Positions 38,580 to 48,837 of a DNA stretch of 64,000 nt are shown one piece after another. Origin of the DNA: Candidatus Latescibacterota bacterium (GTDB lineage Bacteria > Latescibacterota > UBA2968 > UBA8231); contig OZ242214.1 of assembly GCA_965206595.1 (NCBI GenBank), positions 4,288,001 through 4,352,000 on the forward strand, read 5' to 3'. Under the pieces are notes generated by a model that worked only from the letters and a program-made list of their open reading frames with translations, searched no databases and was not told where the DNA came from. A program made the position numbers and the translations under genes. Each line of letters opens with the position of its first letter. Position 1 is the first letter of the stretch.

Positions 38580-40103
38580 GTGGAACCGGCCGGTAAAGCG
38601 CCGAATCACACTTGGAGGCAGGAGAATGGCGCGGCAGGCGTCCCGGATGGGTCGCCCGGCCATTCCGAAGAACGGTACACCTTGCTTTTCCGGATTTCAA
38701 AACTCGAAAAGGCCCTGCGCGAAAACCTGGGGATTCCGCTGTTCGCCCGGCTCGCCGACGAATATCTCCGGCGAGCGCGAGTCGCCCGGGCACTCGCGCT
38801 TTGCCAGGAGGGTTGCGAGCGCTTTCCCGACTACCCGACCGGATTTCTCCTGCTCGGCCGCTGCTACCATGCCCGGGGCAACTTCGAGGAGGCGCGCAAC
38901 GCCCTCGACCGGGCGCTGCGGCTCGACCCGGAGAACCCCGCCGGGTTCGCCGCCCTATCCGCTGAGCACGAACGACTCGGTGAGACAACCCTGGCGCTGC
39001 AATGCATGCGGCAGGCCGCTTTCCTCGACCCGTACAGCGGGGATCTCCAACGCGAGGCGGAGCGGCTGCGCAGGCGATCCGCTGCCGCGCCGCTGGTCCT
39101 TCCTCCTGCCCCGGAAGCGGTGGCGGGAGGAGAGGTGCCGGCGGAGCAAAGGGAAGAAGGGGGCAAGGTGGAAGGGGGAACCGCGGTGCCGGTGCCGTCG
39201 CCGGCAGCCGGGGGAGAAGCCCCTCCTGCCGGAGAAGCGGCTGCCAGCTTCCCCGACGAGCCGGGCATGGACCGGGAAACCTCCAATGGGGAGCCGCCCC
39301 GAGAGGAGAGTCCGTTCGATGGCGAGCCAGAGGCCTCCGACGGGTCCGCGGTTTCCGCCGCAGAGAGAGAATTTCTGCCTGTACCGGAATCCCCCGGAGA
39401 ATCGGTGTATCCCCGTGAGCCGGCCGGGTCCCGGCAGGAAGATCTCCGCTATGCAGGCGACCCGCACGATGCAGCCGAAGCTCCCCCTGTTCCAGGCGGG
39501 GGCGGAGACGGGAACCCGGCGCCGGATAATGACCTGTCGGCAGAGAAACGGTCCTCCGGAGGGGTTTCCTCTGCAGACTCCCCCCCGGATGTTTTCCCCT
39601 TCCAAAATGCCGAACCCGGCTTCCGCGACCGCGGCCAAACAGGGGTGTTTTTTCTGGTGTCGGAACGGGAGGACTTGGAAGCCGATGCCGGCGAACCGCC
39701 TCCCGAGGAGACGTTGGACCCCGCGTCGGAGCCCAAGGCCGAGTTGCTGACCGCACCATCGGCGAGGCGGGCCGTTGCCCGCGGCACCGAAGTCACTTCT
39801 TCCGGTATCGCCAAGCCGGAACGCCCCGTCGCAAGGCTGTCCGGCCGCGACGACCACGAGCTGATCGGGCTGCTTTCCGAGATCGAAACCGGCGAAGAGG
39901 TCGCCCCGGGGACTCCCGTCATCGAGGCCGGCGGGGAAGAGCCCACCGCGCCGGTAGCGACGGTTACCCTCGCCGAGTTGTACATTCAACAGGGAATCGC
40001 CAGCAAGGGGATCGATATCTACAGGGATCTCCTGCGGCTGCATCCCGACGACGACGGGATCAGGGGGAGACTCGACAGCCTGGAACAGGCCCTCGACTCC
40101 TGA
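38580..40103 (+). CDS. TPR protein with a long acidic disordered linker (start uncertain)
   Basis: FARLADEY...FPDYPTGFLLLGRCY...ALRLDPEN; C-terminal ATVTLAELYIQQG TPR. Confidence 0.75.
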   Translation: MEPAGKAPNHTWRQENGAAGVPDGSPGHSEERYTLLFRISKLEKALRENLGIPLFARLADEYLRRARVARALALCQEGCERFPDYPTGFLLLGRCYHARGNFEEARNALDRALRLDPENPAGFAALSAEHERLGETTLALQCMRQAAFLDPYSGDLQREAERLRRRSAAAPLVLPPAPEAVAGGEVPAEQREEGGKVEGGTAVPVPSPAAGGEAPPAGEAAASFPDEPGMDRETSNGEPPREESPFDGEPEASDGSAVSAAEREFLPVPESPGESVYPREPAGSRQEDLRYAGDPHDAAEAPPVPGGGGDGNPAPDNDLSAEKRSSGGVSSADSPPDVFPFQNAEPGFRDRGQTGVFFLVSEREDLEADAGEPPPEETLDPASEPKAELLTAPSARRAVARGTEVTSSGIAKPERPVARLSGRDDHELIGLLSEIETGEEVAPGTPVIEAGGEEPTAPVATVTLAELYIQQGIASKGIDIYRDLLRLHPDDDGIRGRLDSLEQALDS

Positions 40104-40134
40104 GCGGCCGCAGGCTCACTTACCAGAGGGGAGA

Positions 40135-40692
40135 ATGGCTGACACCTCAGACTTCCGCAACGGATTCACGATGACCCTGGAGGAGGCGATCTACAGCATC
40201 GTCGAGTTCCAGCACGTCAAGCCCGGAAAGGGAGGCGCCTTCGTGCGCACCAAGCTCAAGAATGTGCGCACCGGTGCTGTGATCGACCGCACCTTTCGCT
40301 CGGGAGACAAGGTAGCGGAAATCCGCATAGAGAAACGCGAGATGCAGTTCCTGTATTCCGAAAGCGACTATTATCATTTCATGGACTCGGAGACGTACGA
40401 GCAGACGCATCTGCCCCCCGAGACCGTCGGGGGCGCCGCCCGGTTTCTCGTCGAGAACGAGACCACCTACGTATCGGTTGCCGACGGGGTCCCTTTGGCC
40501 GTGGAGCTGCCGAATTTCGTCGAGCTCACGGTCGAACACACGGAACCGGGCATCAGGGGGGATACGGCGCAGGGATCGACCAAACCGGCGACCCTCGAAA
40601 CCGGTGCCGTCGTCTCCGTGCCCCTTTTCGTCGATCGAGGGGAGAAACTGAAAATCGACACGCGCACCGGCGAATACGTCGAACGCGTCTGA
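40135..40692 (+). CDS. efp: Elongation factor P
   Basis: FQHVKPGKGGAFVRTKLKN, PGIRGDTA, IDTRTGEYVER. Confidence 0.97.
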   Translation: MADTSDFRNGFTMTLEEAIYSIVEFQHVKPGKGGAFVRTKLKNVRTGAVIDRTFRSGDKVAEIRIEKREMQFLYSESDYYHFMDSETYEQTHLPPETVGGAARFLVENETTYVSVADGVPLAVELPNFVELTVEHTEPGIRGDTAQGSTKPATLETGAVVSVPLFVDRGEKLKIDTRTGEYVERV

Positions 40693-40702
40693 GGGCTCCC
40701 GC

Positions 40703-41194
40703 GTGAACGAAAAAAACCTGAGAAAGCTGATCGAGATCTTCGAAGAGAGCGAGGTCGAGGAGCTGGAGTACCGAGAGAGCTTCTGGCGCGGAATCCGCGT
40801 TCGTCTCGGAAAACGCCGCGGGTCCGCGGAAAGAACCATCGAGACCGTGCACCTGCAGGCGCCCCCGGCGCCGCAACCCGCCCCCGCGGCCGCTCCACAG
40901 GCTGCACCCGAACCGAAGGAGGAGGCGCCGCGGGAATCGGAAGCCGCCGAAGACTTCCACGTCATCCGCTCCCCCATGGTCGGCACCTTCTTCCGCTCCT
41001 CGTCACCCGAGGCAGACCCCTTCACCGAGACCGGCGAGAAGGTTGTCGTTGGGCAGACCCTCTGCATCATCGAGGCCATGAAGATCATGAACGAGATCGA
41101 GGCGGACGCCGGGGGTGAGGTTGTCGAAATCCTCGCGGCCAACGGCGACCCTGTCGAGTACAACCAGCCGTTGCTGACCCTGCGGACCGCGTAA
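40703..41194 (+). CDS. accB: Biotin carboxyl carrier protein
   Basis: SPMVGTF, IIEAMKIMNEI. Confidence 0.95.
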   Translation: MNEKNLRKLIEIFEESEVEELEYRESFWRGIRVRLGKRRGSAERTIETVHLQAPPAPQPAPAAAPQAAPEPKEEAPRESEAAEDFHVIRSPMVGTFFRSSSPEADPFTETGEKVVVGQTLCIIEAMKIMNEIEADAGGEVVEILAANGDPVEYNQPLLTLRTA

Positions 41195-41195
41195 C

Positions 41196-42551
41196 GTGTT
41201 CGAAAAGATCCTGGTCGCCGACCGCGGGGAAATCGCGCTGCGCGTCATCCGCACCTGCCGGGAGCTCGGGATCCGCACTGTTGCCGTCTACTCCGAGGCC
41301 GACGCGCGTTCGCTCCATGTCCACATGGCCGACGAGGATGTCTGCATCGGCCCGCCTCCCGGCGAGGCCAGTTACCGCCACTTCGCCAACATCCTCAGCG
41401 CCGCGAACCTGACCAATGCCGACGCCCTGCACCCCGGGTACGGACCGCTGGCGGAGAACGCGGATTTCGCCGAGCTGTGCGAATCGTGCGGCATCACCTT
41501 CATCGGTCCGCCGGTAGCGGCGTTCCACCGGCTGGGGGACAAGGCCGCTGCCCGGCGTTCCATGGAGAAAGCCGGGGTCCCGGTGATTCCCGGAAGCCGA
41601 GGGGACGTAGGCTCCCTCGCAGAAGCCCGCCACCTGGCCTCCGAGATCGGTTTTCCGCTGCGTCTGAAGGCGGCTTCCGGGGGCGGAGGACGCGGCATGC
41701 GGGTCGTCAACGGCGAGGAGGAGCTCGAGGAAGCCTGGCGGATCGCCCGCCTCGAAGCGCGCTCCGCCTTCACCAGCGACGCGCTCTACATGGAGCGTTC
41801 GCTCGACAACGCCCGCCACATCGAAATCCAGGTGCTCGGGGACCACCACGGGACGGTCGTCCATCTCGGCGAACGGGAGTGCTCCATTCAGCGGCGCCAC
41901 CAGAAGCTGCTCGAAGAGAGTCCCTCTCCCGCAGTTGACGAGGCGCTACGACGGCGGCTGGGTGAAGCAGCTGTGAGAGGTGCCGCCAGCGTCGGCTACG
42001 CCAGCGCCGGAACGGTCGAATTCCTGGCAGACGGCGACGGGGAGTTCTACTTCCTGGAGATGAACAAGCGCATCCAGGTCGAGCACCCGGTAACCGAGAT
42101 GGTGTCGGGAATCGACCTGATCGGCGAGATGATCCGCGTGGCCGACGGGGAAAAGCTGGGGTACGGCCAGGACGACCTCGCCCTCACCGGGCACGCCATC
42201 GAATGCCGCATCAATGCCGAGGATCCGAGCAAGAACTTCATGCCCTCGGCCGGCACCATCACCGCCCTGCACCTGCCGGGAGGACCGGGGCTGCGCATCG
42301 ACAGCCACATTTACCAGGGGTACGAGGTGCCCCCCTATTACGATTCCCTCCTCGCCAAGGTCGTCACCTGGGGCCGTGACCGCGCCCAGGCGATCGCCCG
42401 CATGCGGCGGGTGCTGGCAGAGGTCACCATCGAAGGGGTGGCGACGACGCTGCCGTTCCACCGCGATCTCCTCGACAGCCCGGAGTTCGTCGAGGGGCGG
42501 TTCGACACCGAGTTCGTCACCCGCAGCCGCGACGGGAAGGTCACGGTCTAA
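41196..42551 (+). CDS. accC: Biotin carboxylase
   Basis: RGEIALRVIR, GGGGRGM, ERECSIQRRHQK, RIQVEHPVTE, YYDSLLAK. Confidence 0.95.
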   Translation: MFEKILVADRGEIALRVIRTCRELGIRTVAVYSEADARSLHVHMADEDVCIGPPPGEASYRHFANILSAANLTNADALHPGYGPLAENADFAELCESCGITFIGPPVAAFHRLGDKAAARRSMEKAGVPVIPGSRGDVGSLAEARHLASEIGFPLRLKAASGGGGRGMRVVNGEEELEEAWRIARLEARSAFTSDALYMERSLDNARHIEIQVLGDHHGTVVHLGERECSIQRRHQKLLEESPSPAVDEALRRRLGEAAVRGAASVGYASAGTVEFLADGDGEFYFLEMNKRIQVEHPVTEMVSGIDLIGEMIRVADGEKLGYGQDDLALTGHAIECRINAEDPSKNFMPSAGTITALHLPGGPGLRIDSHIYQGYEVPPYYDSLLAKVVTWGRDRAQAIARMRRVLAEVTIEGVATTLPFHRDLLDSPEFVEGRFDTEFVTRSRDGKVTV

Positions 42552-42575
42552 ATCGGGAAAACCAGAGGATCTGCC

Positions 42576-42968
42576 ATGTCTGATACGCAAGTTCCCCAAG
42601 AGCTCAGCTACACCGAAGATCACGAGTGGGTGGCGATGGACAGCGATGTCGGCACGGTCGGGATTACGGATTACGCCCAGTCCGAGCTCGGCGACATCGT
42701 GTTCGTCGAGCTTCCCGAGGTCGGACAGACCCTGCGGAAGGGGGAGCGCGTCGGGACCGTCGAGGCGGTGAAGACCGTGGAGGAGATTTACGCTCCCCTG
42801 AGCGGCGAGGTGGTGGAGGTCAACGAATCGCTCGAGGCCGATGCGGAGCAGGTCAACAAGGAGCCTTACGGAGCCGGTTGGATTGTCCGGATCCGCTGCT
42901 CCGACCAGGACGAGTTGGCGGAGCTCCTGAGCCCCCGGGATTACGCCGAGTTGATTTCCGGAGCCTGA
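42576..42968 (+). CDS. gcvH: Glycine cleavage system H protein
   Basis: YTEDHEW, GITDYAQSELGD, VEAVK lipoyl site. Confidence 0.96.
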   Translation: MSDTQVPQELSYTEDHEWVAMDSDVGTVGITDYAQSELGDIVFVELPEVGQTLRKGERVGTVEAVKTVEEIYAPLSGEVVEVNESLEADAEQVNKEPYGAGWIVRIRCSDQDELAELLSPRDYAELISGA

Positions 42969-43268
42969 CTCTCCACGTTGGCCTCTCGCCGCCTTCGATG
43001 TGCAGAACCGGCTCCAAGCCGCCAGGGCTTCACCCCCCGGCTGCTTTCTTCACAATTGCCTCCCTCTAGTATCATTTTTAATTTTCAAGGATACTTCGCC
43101 ATCGTTTTGCACCCCTGGAAGCGGCTTTGGAAGGGGGTCGCCGCAGTAGGTTCCGGACCGCTAAATGGGGTTGAGCCGACTCGATTTCGCCACGTCTCCG
43201 CAGTCCATCCTCCTGCGCCGATCTACCGCGGTCACCGCCTTCCGGAAAATCCCGCGAGCTACTCAAGC

Positions 43269-43775
43269 GTGCTACTCGAGAATTCCGTCCTGGTACTCAA
43301 CCAGAACTACGAGCCGCTCAACGTCTGCAGCGTCAGGCGCGCGCTGGTGCTTCTGTTCAGAGGAACGGCCGAAAACGTCGAGATCTCCGAGTCCGTCGTG
43401 CGCTCGGTGTCCCGCGAATTCCCGGTCCCGAGCGTGGTCAGGCTGGAGCGCTACGTGCGCGCGCCCAGGCGCCGCGTGGTGCTGTCGAAGCGCAACGTGA
43501 TGCGGCGCGACAACCACCAGTGCCAGTATTGCGGCAAAAGCGAACGCAAGATGACGATCGACCACATCGTCCCCAAGAGACACGGCGGCCCCGAGTCGTG
43601 GGAAAACTTGGTAACCGCCTGTGCCGGCTGCAACACCATGAAAGGGGACCGGCGGCCGGAGCAGGCCGGCCTCTCCCTGAAACGGAGGCCCAAGCGCCCC
43701 AACAACGTCAGCTTCATCCGCGATTTCGTTGGAGTGACGGACCAGCGCTGGAAACCCTACCTGTTTATCGACTAG
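43269..43775 (+). CDS. HNH endonuclease (McrA-like)
   Basis: VLVLNQNYEPL, RRDNHQCQYCG, TIDHIVP, WENLVTACAGCN. Confidence 0.9.
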   Translation: MLLENSVLVLNQNYEPLNVCSVRRALVLLFRGTAENVEISESVVRSVSREFPVPSVVRLERYVRAPRRRVVLSKRNVMRRDNHQCQYCGKSERKMTIDHIVPKRHGGPESWENLVTACAGCNTMKGDRRPEQAGLSLKRRPKRPNNVSFIRDFVGVTDQRWKPYLFID

Positions 43776-43786
43776 ACCTCCGCAGA

Positions 43787-44635
43787 TTGGAAACGACCAT
43801 CGGACAGAAGCAGCAGGGAACCGCTTTGGGCGGACAGTACGGAGTCAAGCTCGAAGTGTTCGAGGGACCCCTCGACCTGTTGCTGTTTCTGATTCGCAAG
43901 AACGAAGTCGACATCTACGACATTCCGATCGCCGCCATCACCAACGAGTATCTGGGCATGCTCGGAGAGGTCCACCTGCTCGACCTGGAACCGGCCTGCG
44001 ACTTCATGCTGATGGCCGCGACCCTGATGAAAATCAAGTCGCAGTTGCTGCTGCCTCGCGAAGTCGTCGACGTGGACGGAGAGGAGGAAGAAGACCCCCG
44101 GGAAGGTCTCCTGCGCCGGCTCCTCGAGTACCAGCAGTACAAGGAGATTGCCGACTGGCTGGGGGATCAGGCCCACGCCCAGGGCGACATTTTCAGGAAC
44201 CGTCCGTACGCCAGCCGCGACAGCGAAGGGGCCGAGCTCCACCCGGTCTCCCTGTTCGACCTCCTCAAGGCGTACAAACAGGTCCTGGACCGCGTTCCGC
44301 CAGCCTTCGTACACCGCATCGTCGAAGAGCAGGTCTCGGTCGAGGAGATTATCGGCAGGTTGGTGGAGGAACTGGACCGCCGCGGCCGGCTGCGCTTTTT
44401 CGACTTCACATCGGGAAAGTCCCGCCACGTTCTGGTAGCGACCTTCATCGGTGTTCTGGAATTGCTGAAGACGCAGCGCATTCGCGTGCAGCAGGCGCGC
44501 CCTTTCGACGACATCTGGATCGAACCCCTGGGCGGCGGAAATGCCCAGGTCCCGGCAGGCGGGACCGCATCTCCGGCTACTCCCCCGGAGCTTCCCGGCA
44601 ACGGACCTTCCCCCGAAAGGACGGAGCTTCCGTGA
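43787..44635 (+). CDS. scpA: Segregation and condensation protein A (start approximate)
   Basis: FEGPLDLLLFLIRKNEVDIYDIPI, KSQLLLP, TFIGVLEL. Confidence 0.93.
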   Translation: METTIGQKQQGTALGGQYGVKLEVFEGPLDLLLFLIRKNEVDIYDIPIAAITNEYLGMLGEVHLLDLEPACDFMLMAATLMKIKSQLLLPREVVDVDGEEEEDPREGLLRRLLEYQQYKEIADWLGDQAHAQGDIFRNRPYASRDSEGAELHPVSLFDLLKAYKQVLDRVPPAFVHRIVEEQVSVEEIIGRLVEELDRRGRLRFFDFTSGKSRHVLVATFIGVLELLKTQRIRVQQARPFDDIWIEPLGGGNAQVPAGGTASPATPPELPGNGPSPERTELP

Positions 44636-45336
44636 GCCGTCAACCGTTCGCCCCCGGCCAGGCACGGGCAATTATCGAAGCAATCCTGCTCACCTCGTCC
44701 GAACCGGTTTCCCCGGGCAGGCTGTTGGGCGCCCTCAAAGGGCTCAACGGCAGTGACGTGCGCGAGGCTGTCGGCGGCCTGAACAAGCAGTACGAAGAGG
44801 GGAACCACGCCCTTCGCGTCGCCGAAGTAGCCGGTGGGTTTCAACTCGTAACCGCAGCCGAGTTCGCCCCCTGGGTGCGCCGCTTCCAGGACAGGGGACC
44901 GGTGCGGCTCACGCAGGCTGGCCTCGAGACCCTCGCGCTCGTCGCCTTCAAGCAGCCGGTCACGCGGGCGGAAATCGACAGCGTCCGCGGCGTCGACTCC
45001 GCCGGTGTGCTGCGCACCCTGCTCGAGGTCGACATGGTTCGCATCGTCGGCCGTTCCGAAGGCATCGGGCGGCCGATGCTATTCGGCACCACCAGAGAAT
45101 TCCTCGTGCACTTCGGTCTCAAAGGGCTCCCCGATCTGCCGAAACCGAAAGAGCTCGAAGAGCTGCTCGCCGAGGGGGGCCGCAGGCACGCCCTCACCGG
45201 TAGCGGAGATGAAACCGCGCCGCCCGGTCCCGGGCACGAGGGCGGCACGCGCGGCTCCGGCGGCGACACCGAACCGGTAGCGGAAGAGAACGGGCATGCG
45301 CCCGGAGAACCCGAAGAGGGAGAAGAAGCGGGGTAA
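44632..45336 (+). CDS. scpB: Segregation and condensation protein B
   Basis: LETLALVAFKQPVTRAEIDSVRGV, GRPMLFGTT.EFL.HFGL. Confidence 0.95.
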   Translation: MSRQPFAPGQARAIIEAILLTSSEPVSPGRLLGALKGLNGSDVREAVGGLNKQYEEGNHALRVAEVAGGFQLVTAAEFAPWVRRFQDRGPVRLTQAGLETLALVAFKQPVTRAEIDSVRGVDSAGVLRTLLEVDMVRIVGRSEGIGRPMLFGTTREFLVHFGLKGLPDLPKPKELEELLAEGGRRHALTGSGDETAPPGPGHEGGTRGSGGDTEPVAEENGHAPGEPEEGEEAG

Positions 45337-45359
45337 CCGGGCCCTCGGCTTACCTGCAC

Positions 45360-46121
45360 ATGCGGCTGAATCGGTTCATGGCCCGCGCCGGCGTCGCTTC
45401 CCGGCGCAAGAGCGACATTCTCATCCGCCGCGGCGCGGTGAGAGTCAACGGCGAGGTCGTGGCAGCTCCTGGCTGCCTGGTCGGCGGAGAGGACCGGGTG
45501 GAGGTCGATGGCCGCCTTGTCCGGCTGCCGGAGGATTCGCAGTACCTGCTGCTCAACAAGGAGTCCGGCACACTGGTGACGCACCGGGACAGGGGCGGTC
45601 GGCCTACCGTTTTCGGGGGTCTCCAAGAGGTGCGCGCGGCTACCGTCGCCGTCGGCCGCCTCGACCGCGACACCACGGGGGTGCTGCTGCTGACCGACGA
45701 CGGCGAGCTCGCCCATCGCCTGATGCATCCGCGTTACGAGGTAGAAAAACGCTACTGCGCCCTCGTGATGGGGGTTCCGGCGGCGGGGGCGCTGCAACGG
45801 CTTCGGGCCGGGGTGCTCCTCGAGGACGGAATGACGGCGTCCGCCCGGGCGCGGATAGTGTCGCGGCCCTCGGCGGAGCGCCCTTTCTGCGAGCTCGAGC
45901 TATGCGTCCACGAAGGGCGCAAACACCAGATCAAGCGGATGTGCGCCGCTGTCGGCCACCGCGTCAGGGGGTTGCACCGCGAGGCGTTTGCCGGCCTGAC
46001 CGCGGGCACCCTGCAGCCCGGGGAGTGCCGCCGGCTGCGTGGAAGTGAAATAAGAAGCTTGAAATCCCTTGTGGGGTTGCCGATCAGCGAAGAACTTCAG
46101 CCGTGGCCGCCAAGGGATTGA
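45360..46121 (+). CDS. rluB: RsuA/RluB-family pseudouridine synthase
   Basis: S4 domain RLNRFMARAGVASRR; GRLDRDTTGVLLLTDDG; EGRKHQIKRM; located after scpB. Confidence 0.85.
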   Translation: MRLNRFMARAGVASRRKSDILIRRGAVRVNGEVVAAPGCLVGGEDRVEVDGRLVRLPEDSQYLLLNKESGTLVTHRDRGGRPTVFGGLQEVRAATVAVGRLDRDTTGVLLLTDDGELAHRLMHPRYEVEKRYCALVMGVPAAGALQRLRAGVLLEDGMTASARARIVSRPSAERPFCELELCVHEGRKHQIKRMCAAVGHRVRGLHREAFAGLTAGTLQPGECRRLRGSEIRSLKSLVGLPISEELQPWPPRD

Positions 46122-46774
46122 CCATCGCCGTCGACGGGGTCATCGGTGCCGGCAAGACGACGACCGCCCGCGCCGTGGCGCAGGCTTTGGGTTACCGCCA
46201 CATCGACACCGGCGCTTTCTACCGCGCCGTGACCCTGGCGGCGATGCGCGCGGGAATTCGTCCCGGCGACGGGGCCGTCGAGCGGCTTCTCGCGGAACTC
46301 GACATCGCCTTGAAAGATTCGGGCGAGCGGGTTCGCATGCTGCTCAACGGGGAAGACGTCAGCGACGAGATACGCCGGCCGGAGGTTACCCGGACCGTGG
46401 GAGCCTTCGCCGACTTGCCCCGGGTGCGCCGGGCGCTCATCGAAAACCAGCGACGACTGGGCCGCGACGGCGGCGTGGTCGCCGATGGACGAGATGCCGG
46501 CACGGTGGTGTTTCCCGATGCCGATCTCAAGATCGTCATGACCGCCGATCTCGAGGAGCGGGCCCGGCGGCGCTTCCGGGAATTGAGAAAAAAGGGGGTG
46601 AGTACCACTCTGCGGCAGGTGACTGCAGACATTCGCACCCGCGACCGCGAGGATTCGCAGCGGGATTACGGCGCCGCGCACGGCGGCGATACCGTCGTAC
46701 TGGATACGACGGGCATGTCCATCGAACAGCAGGTCGGCCGCATCGTTGCCTTGGCGCACGAGCGCGGCGCGTAG
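46103..46774 (+). CDS. cmk: Cytidylate kinase
   Basis: IAVDG..GAGKTT, IDTGAFYR, DGRDAGTVVFPDA. Confidence 0.93.
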   Translation: MAAKGLTIAVDGVIGAGKTTTARAVAQALGYRHIDTGAFYRAVTLAAMRAGIRPGDGAVERLLAELDIALKDSGERVRMLLNGEDVSDEIRRPEVTRTVGAFADLPRVRRALIENQRRLGRDGGVVADGRDAGTVVFPDADLKIVMTADLEERARRRFRELRKKGVSTTLRQVTADIRTRDREDSQRDYGAAHGGDTVVLDTTGMSIEQQVGRIVALAHERGA

Positions 46775-46811
46775 CTGCATTCAGGAAAAAAACCGAAAGG
46801 AATAGACAATC

Positions 46812-48653
46812 ATGTTGGACGAAACACCGGCGGCTACCTTGGAATTGGAAGAGGTTCCCGGCAGCCCCGAAAAACCGCAGTACGGGAACATAAGAGTCGA
46901 AGACCTCGATACGCCGGAGTACTCCGAGGAGCAGATGCAGGAGTTCACGGCAATGTACGACGAGAGCTTTTCCGGCAAGAGCGAAGGGGAGATCGTACAG
47001 GGCCGCGTCGTCGGCATCCACCCGCAGGAGGTGCTGGTCGACATCGGCTTCAAGTCGGAAGGGGCCATTTCGATCAGGGAGTTCTCCGATCCGGAGGCGA
47101 TCGCCATAGGCAACGAGGTGGAAGTCTTCCTCGAGAACGTCGAAGACCTCGAGGGCCGCGTCGTGCTCTCGAAGCAGAAGGCGGACTTCATGCGCGTCTG
47201 GGACGAGATCAAGGACTCCCACGACGCAGGCACGTCCGTAAAGGGAAGGCTGATGCGACGGATCAAGGGGGGCATCGTCGTCGATCTTTTCGGGGTCGAG
47301 GCCTTCCTGCCCGGTTCGCAGATCGACATACGGCAGGTCAAGAACTTCGACCAGTTCCTCGGCCAGCAGTTCGATTTCAAGATCATCAAGCTCAACAAGA
47401 CGCGCCGCAACATCGTCGTCTCGCGCCGCGCCGTGCTCGAAGAGGAGCGCGAGCGGCTGCGCCGGGAAATCATCAAGGAGCTCGATGAGGGACAGGTGCG
47501 CGAAGGGGTGGTCAAGAACATCACCGATTTCGGCGCCTTCATCGACCTGGGGGGCATCGACGGCCTGCTGCACATCACCGACATGTCGTGGGGCCGCGTC
47601 AGCCATCCCTCCGAGATGGTCTCGATCGGCGACCGCATCAGGGTCAAGGTCCTCAACTACGACCGCGAGCGGGAGCGCATCTCCCTCGGGCTAAAGCAGT
47701 TGACGGCGCACCCCTGGGAGATGATCGACGAGCGTTTCTCCGAAGGCACGCAGACCCAGGGCAAGGTGGTCAGCATCACCGACTACGGCGCCTTCGTCGA
47801 GCTCGAGGAGGGCATCGAAGGTCTCGTCCACATCTCCGAGATGTCGTGGACCCAGCACGTGCGCCATCCCTCTAAGCTGGTTTCCATCGGCGACCTCGTC
47901 GAAGTCGCAGTCCTCAAGCTCGACAAGGACGCGCAGAAGATCTCCCTGGGGATGAAGCAGACCGACCCGGACCCGTGGGAGGTGCTCGACACCAACTATC
48001 CCCCGGGCAAGCGCCTCGAGGGCATGGTCAAGAGCCTCACCAACTTCGGCGCCTTCGTCGAGATCGAAGAGGGCATCGACGGGCTCGTCCACATCTCCGA
48101 CATGTCCTGGACCCGGCGGATTCGCCAGGCCAGCGAGATGTTCAAGAAAGGAGACGTGATTCCGGTAGTCGTCACCGAGGTCGACAAGAAGAGGAGGCGG
48201 ATCTCTCTCAGCCACAAGCTCGCCCTGGAGAATTCATGGCCGAAACTGGCGGAGCTGTATGCCATGGGAACTTCGACGACCGGCAAGATTTCGCGCCTTC
48301 TCGAGCGCGGCGTGGTCGTCGGCCTCGATCACGACGTCGATGGTTTCGTGCCCCTTTCGCAGCTCGGCATCGAGAATCTGCAGACACCCAGGCAGAGCTT
48401 CGAGGTCGACCAGGAGCTGCCGCTGAAGGTCATCGAGTTCGACGAAGAGCAGAAGAAGATCGTGCTCAGCGTGCTCGCCTACCTCAAGGACAAGGACCAG
48501 TCCGAAGTCGACGCCTACCTGAGCCGGCATCCGGTGAAGGAGGTGGCGATCGACGAAGTGGCGGACGATCAGGACGAGGAGATGGAGAGCTGGGGCGACG
48601 ACGGCGAACCTGCTGCCAAGGGCGGCGAAGCCGAGGCCAATCCGGAGTCTTGA
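46812..48653 (+). CDS. rpsA: 30S ribosomal protein S1
   Basis: Repeated S1 domains (DFGAFIDLGGIDGLLHI, GLVHISEMSW). Confidence 0.97.
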   Translation: MLDETPAATLELEEVPGSPEKPQYGNIRVEDLDTPEYSEEQMQEFTAMYDESFSGKSEGEIVQGRVVGIHPQEVLVDIGFKSEGAISIREFSDPEAIAIGNEVEVFLENVEDLEGRVVLSKQKADFMRVWDEIKDSHDAGTSVKGRLMRRIKGGIVVDLFGVEAFLPGSQIDIRQVKNFDQFLGQQFDFKIIKLNKTRRNIVVSRRAVLEEERERLRREIIKELDEGQVREGVVKNITDFGAFIDLGGIDGLLHITDMSWGRVSHPSEMVSIGDRIRVKVLNYDRERERISLGLKQLTAHPWEMIDERFSEGTQTQGKVVSITDYGAFVELEEGIEGLVHISEMSWTQHVRHPSKLVSIGDLVEVAVLKLDKDAQKISLGMKQTDPDPWEVLDTNYPPGKRLEGMVKSLTNFGAFVEIEEGIDGLVHISDMSWTRRIRQASEMFKKGDVIPVVVTEVDKKRRRISLSHKLALENSWPKLAELYAMGTSTTGKISRLLERGVVVGLDHDVDGFVPLSQLGIENLQTPRQSFEVDQELPLKVIEFDEEQKKIVLSVLAYLKDKDQSEVDAYLSRHPVKEVAIDEVADDQDEEMESWGDDGEPAAKGGEAEANPES

Positions 48654-48703
48654 CGACAGCCGGCGGCGATTGCACCCGTCAACGCCGGAGATCTCTTCAA
48701 CGG

Positions 48704-48739
48704 GAAAGGCCGGGGAAATCCCCGGCCTTTCTTGTTTTT
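48704..48739 (+). terminator. Rho-independent terminator after rpsA
   Basis: Perfect 12-bp stem gaaaggccgggg-aaat-ccccggcctttc followed by ttgttttt. Confidence 0.85.
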
Positions 48740-48837
48740 GTACCCTAGCCGGTCCTTCGCCGCCGTTGTATGGACCGCGACCCCCGTTATTTTCATTACC
48801 AGTCGTTCCCCCACCCTCCGCTCCCCAACGCGACCCG

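Noticed and set aside
42969-43268. Possible structured RNA in the gcvH-HNH intergenic region
   Set aside because: No recognisable riboswitch or ncRNA motif; consistent with a promoter and leader.
43269-43775. HNH nuclease as a mobile or defence gene
   Set aside because: Host-like codon usage, no mobility marks, and it is a common stand-alone family among housekeeping genes.
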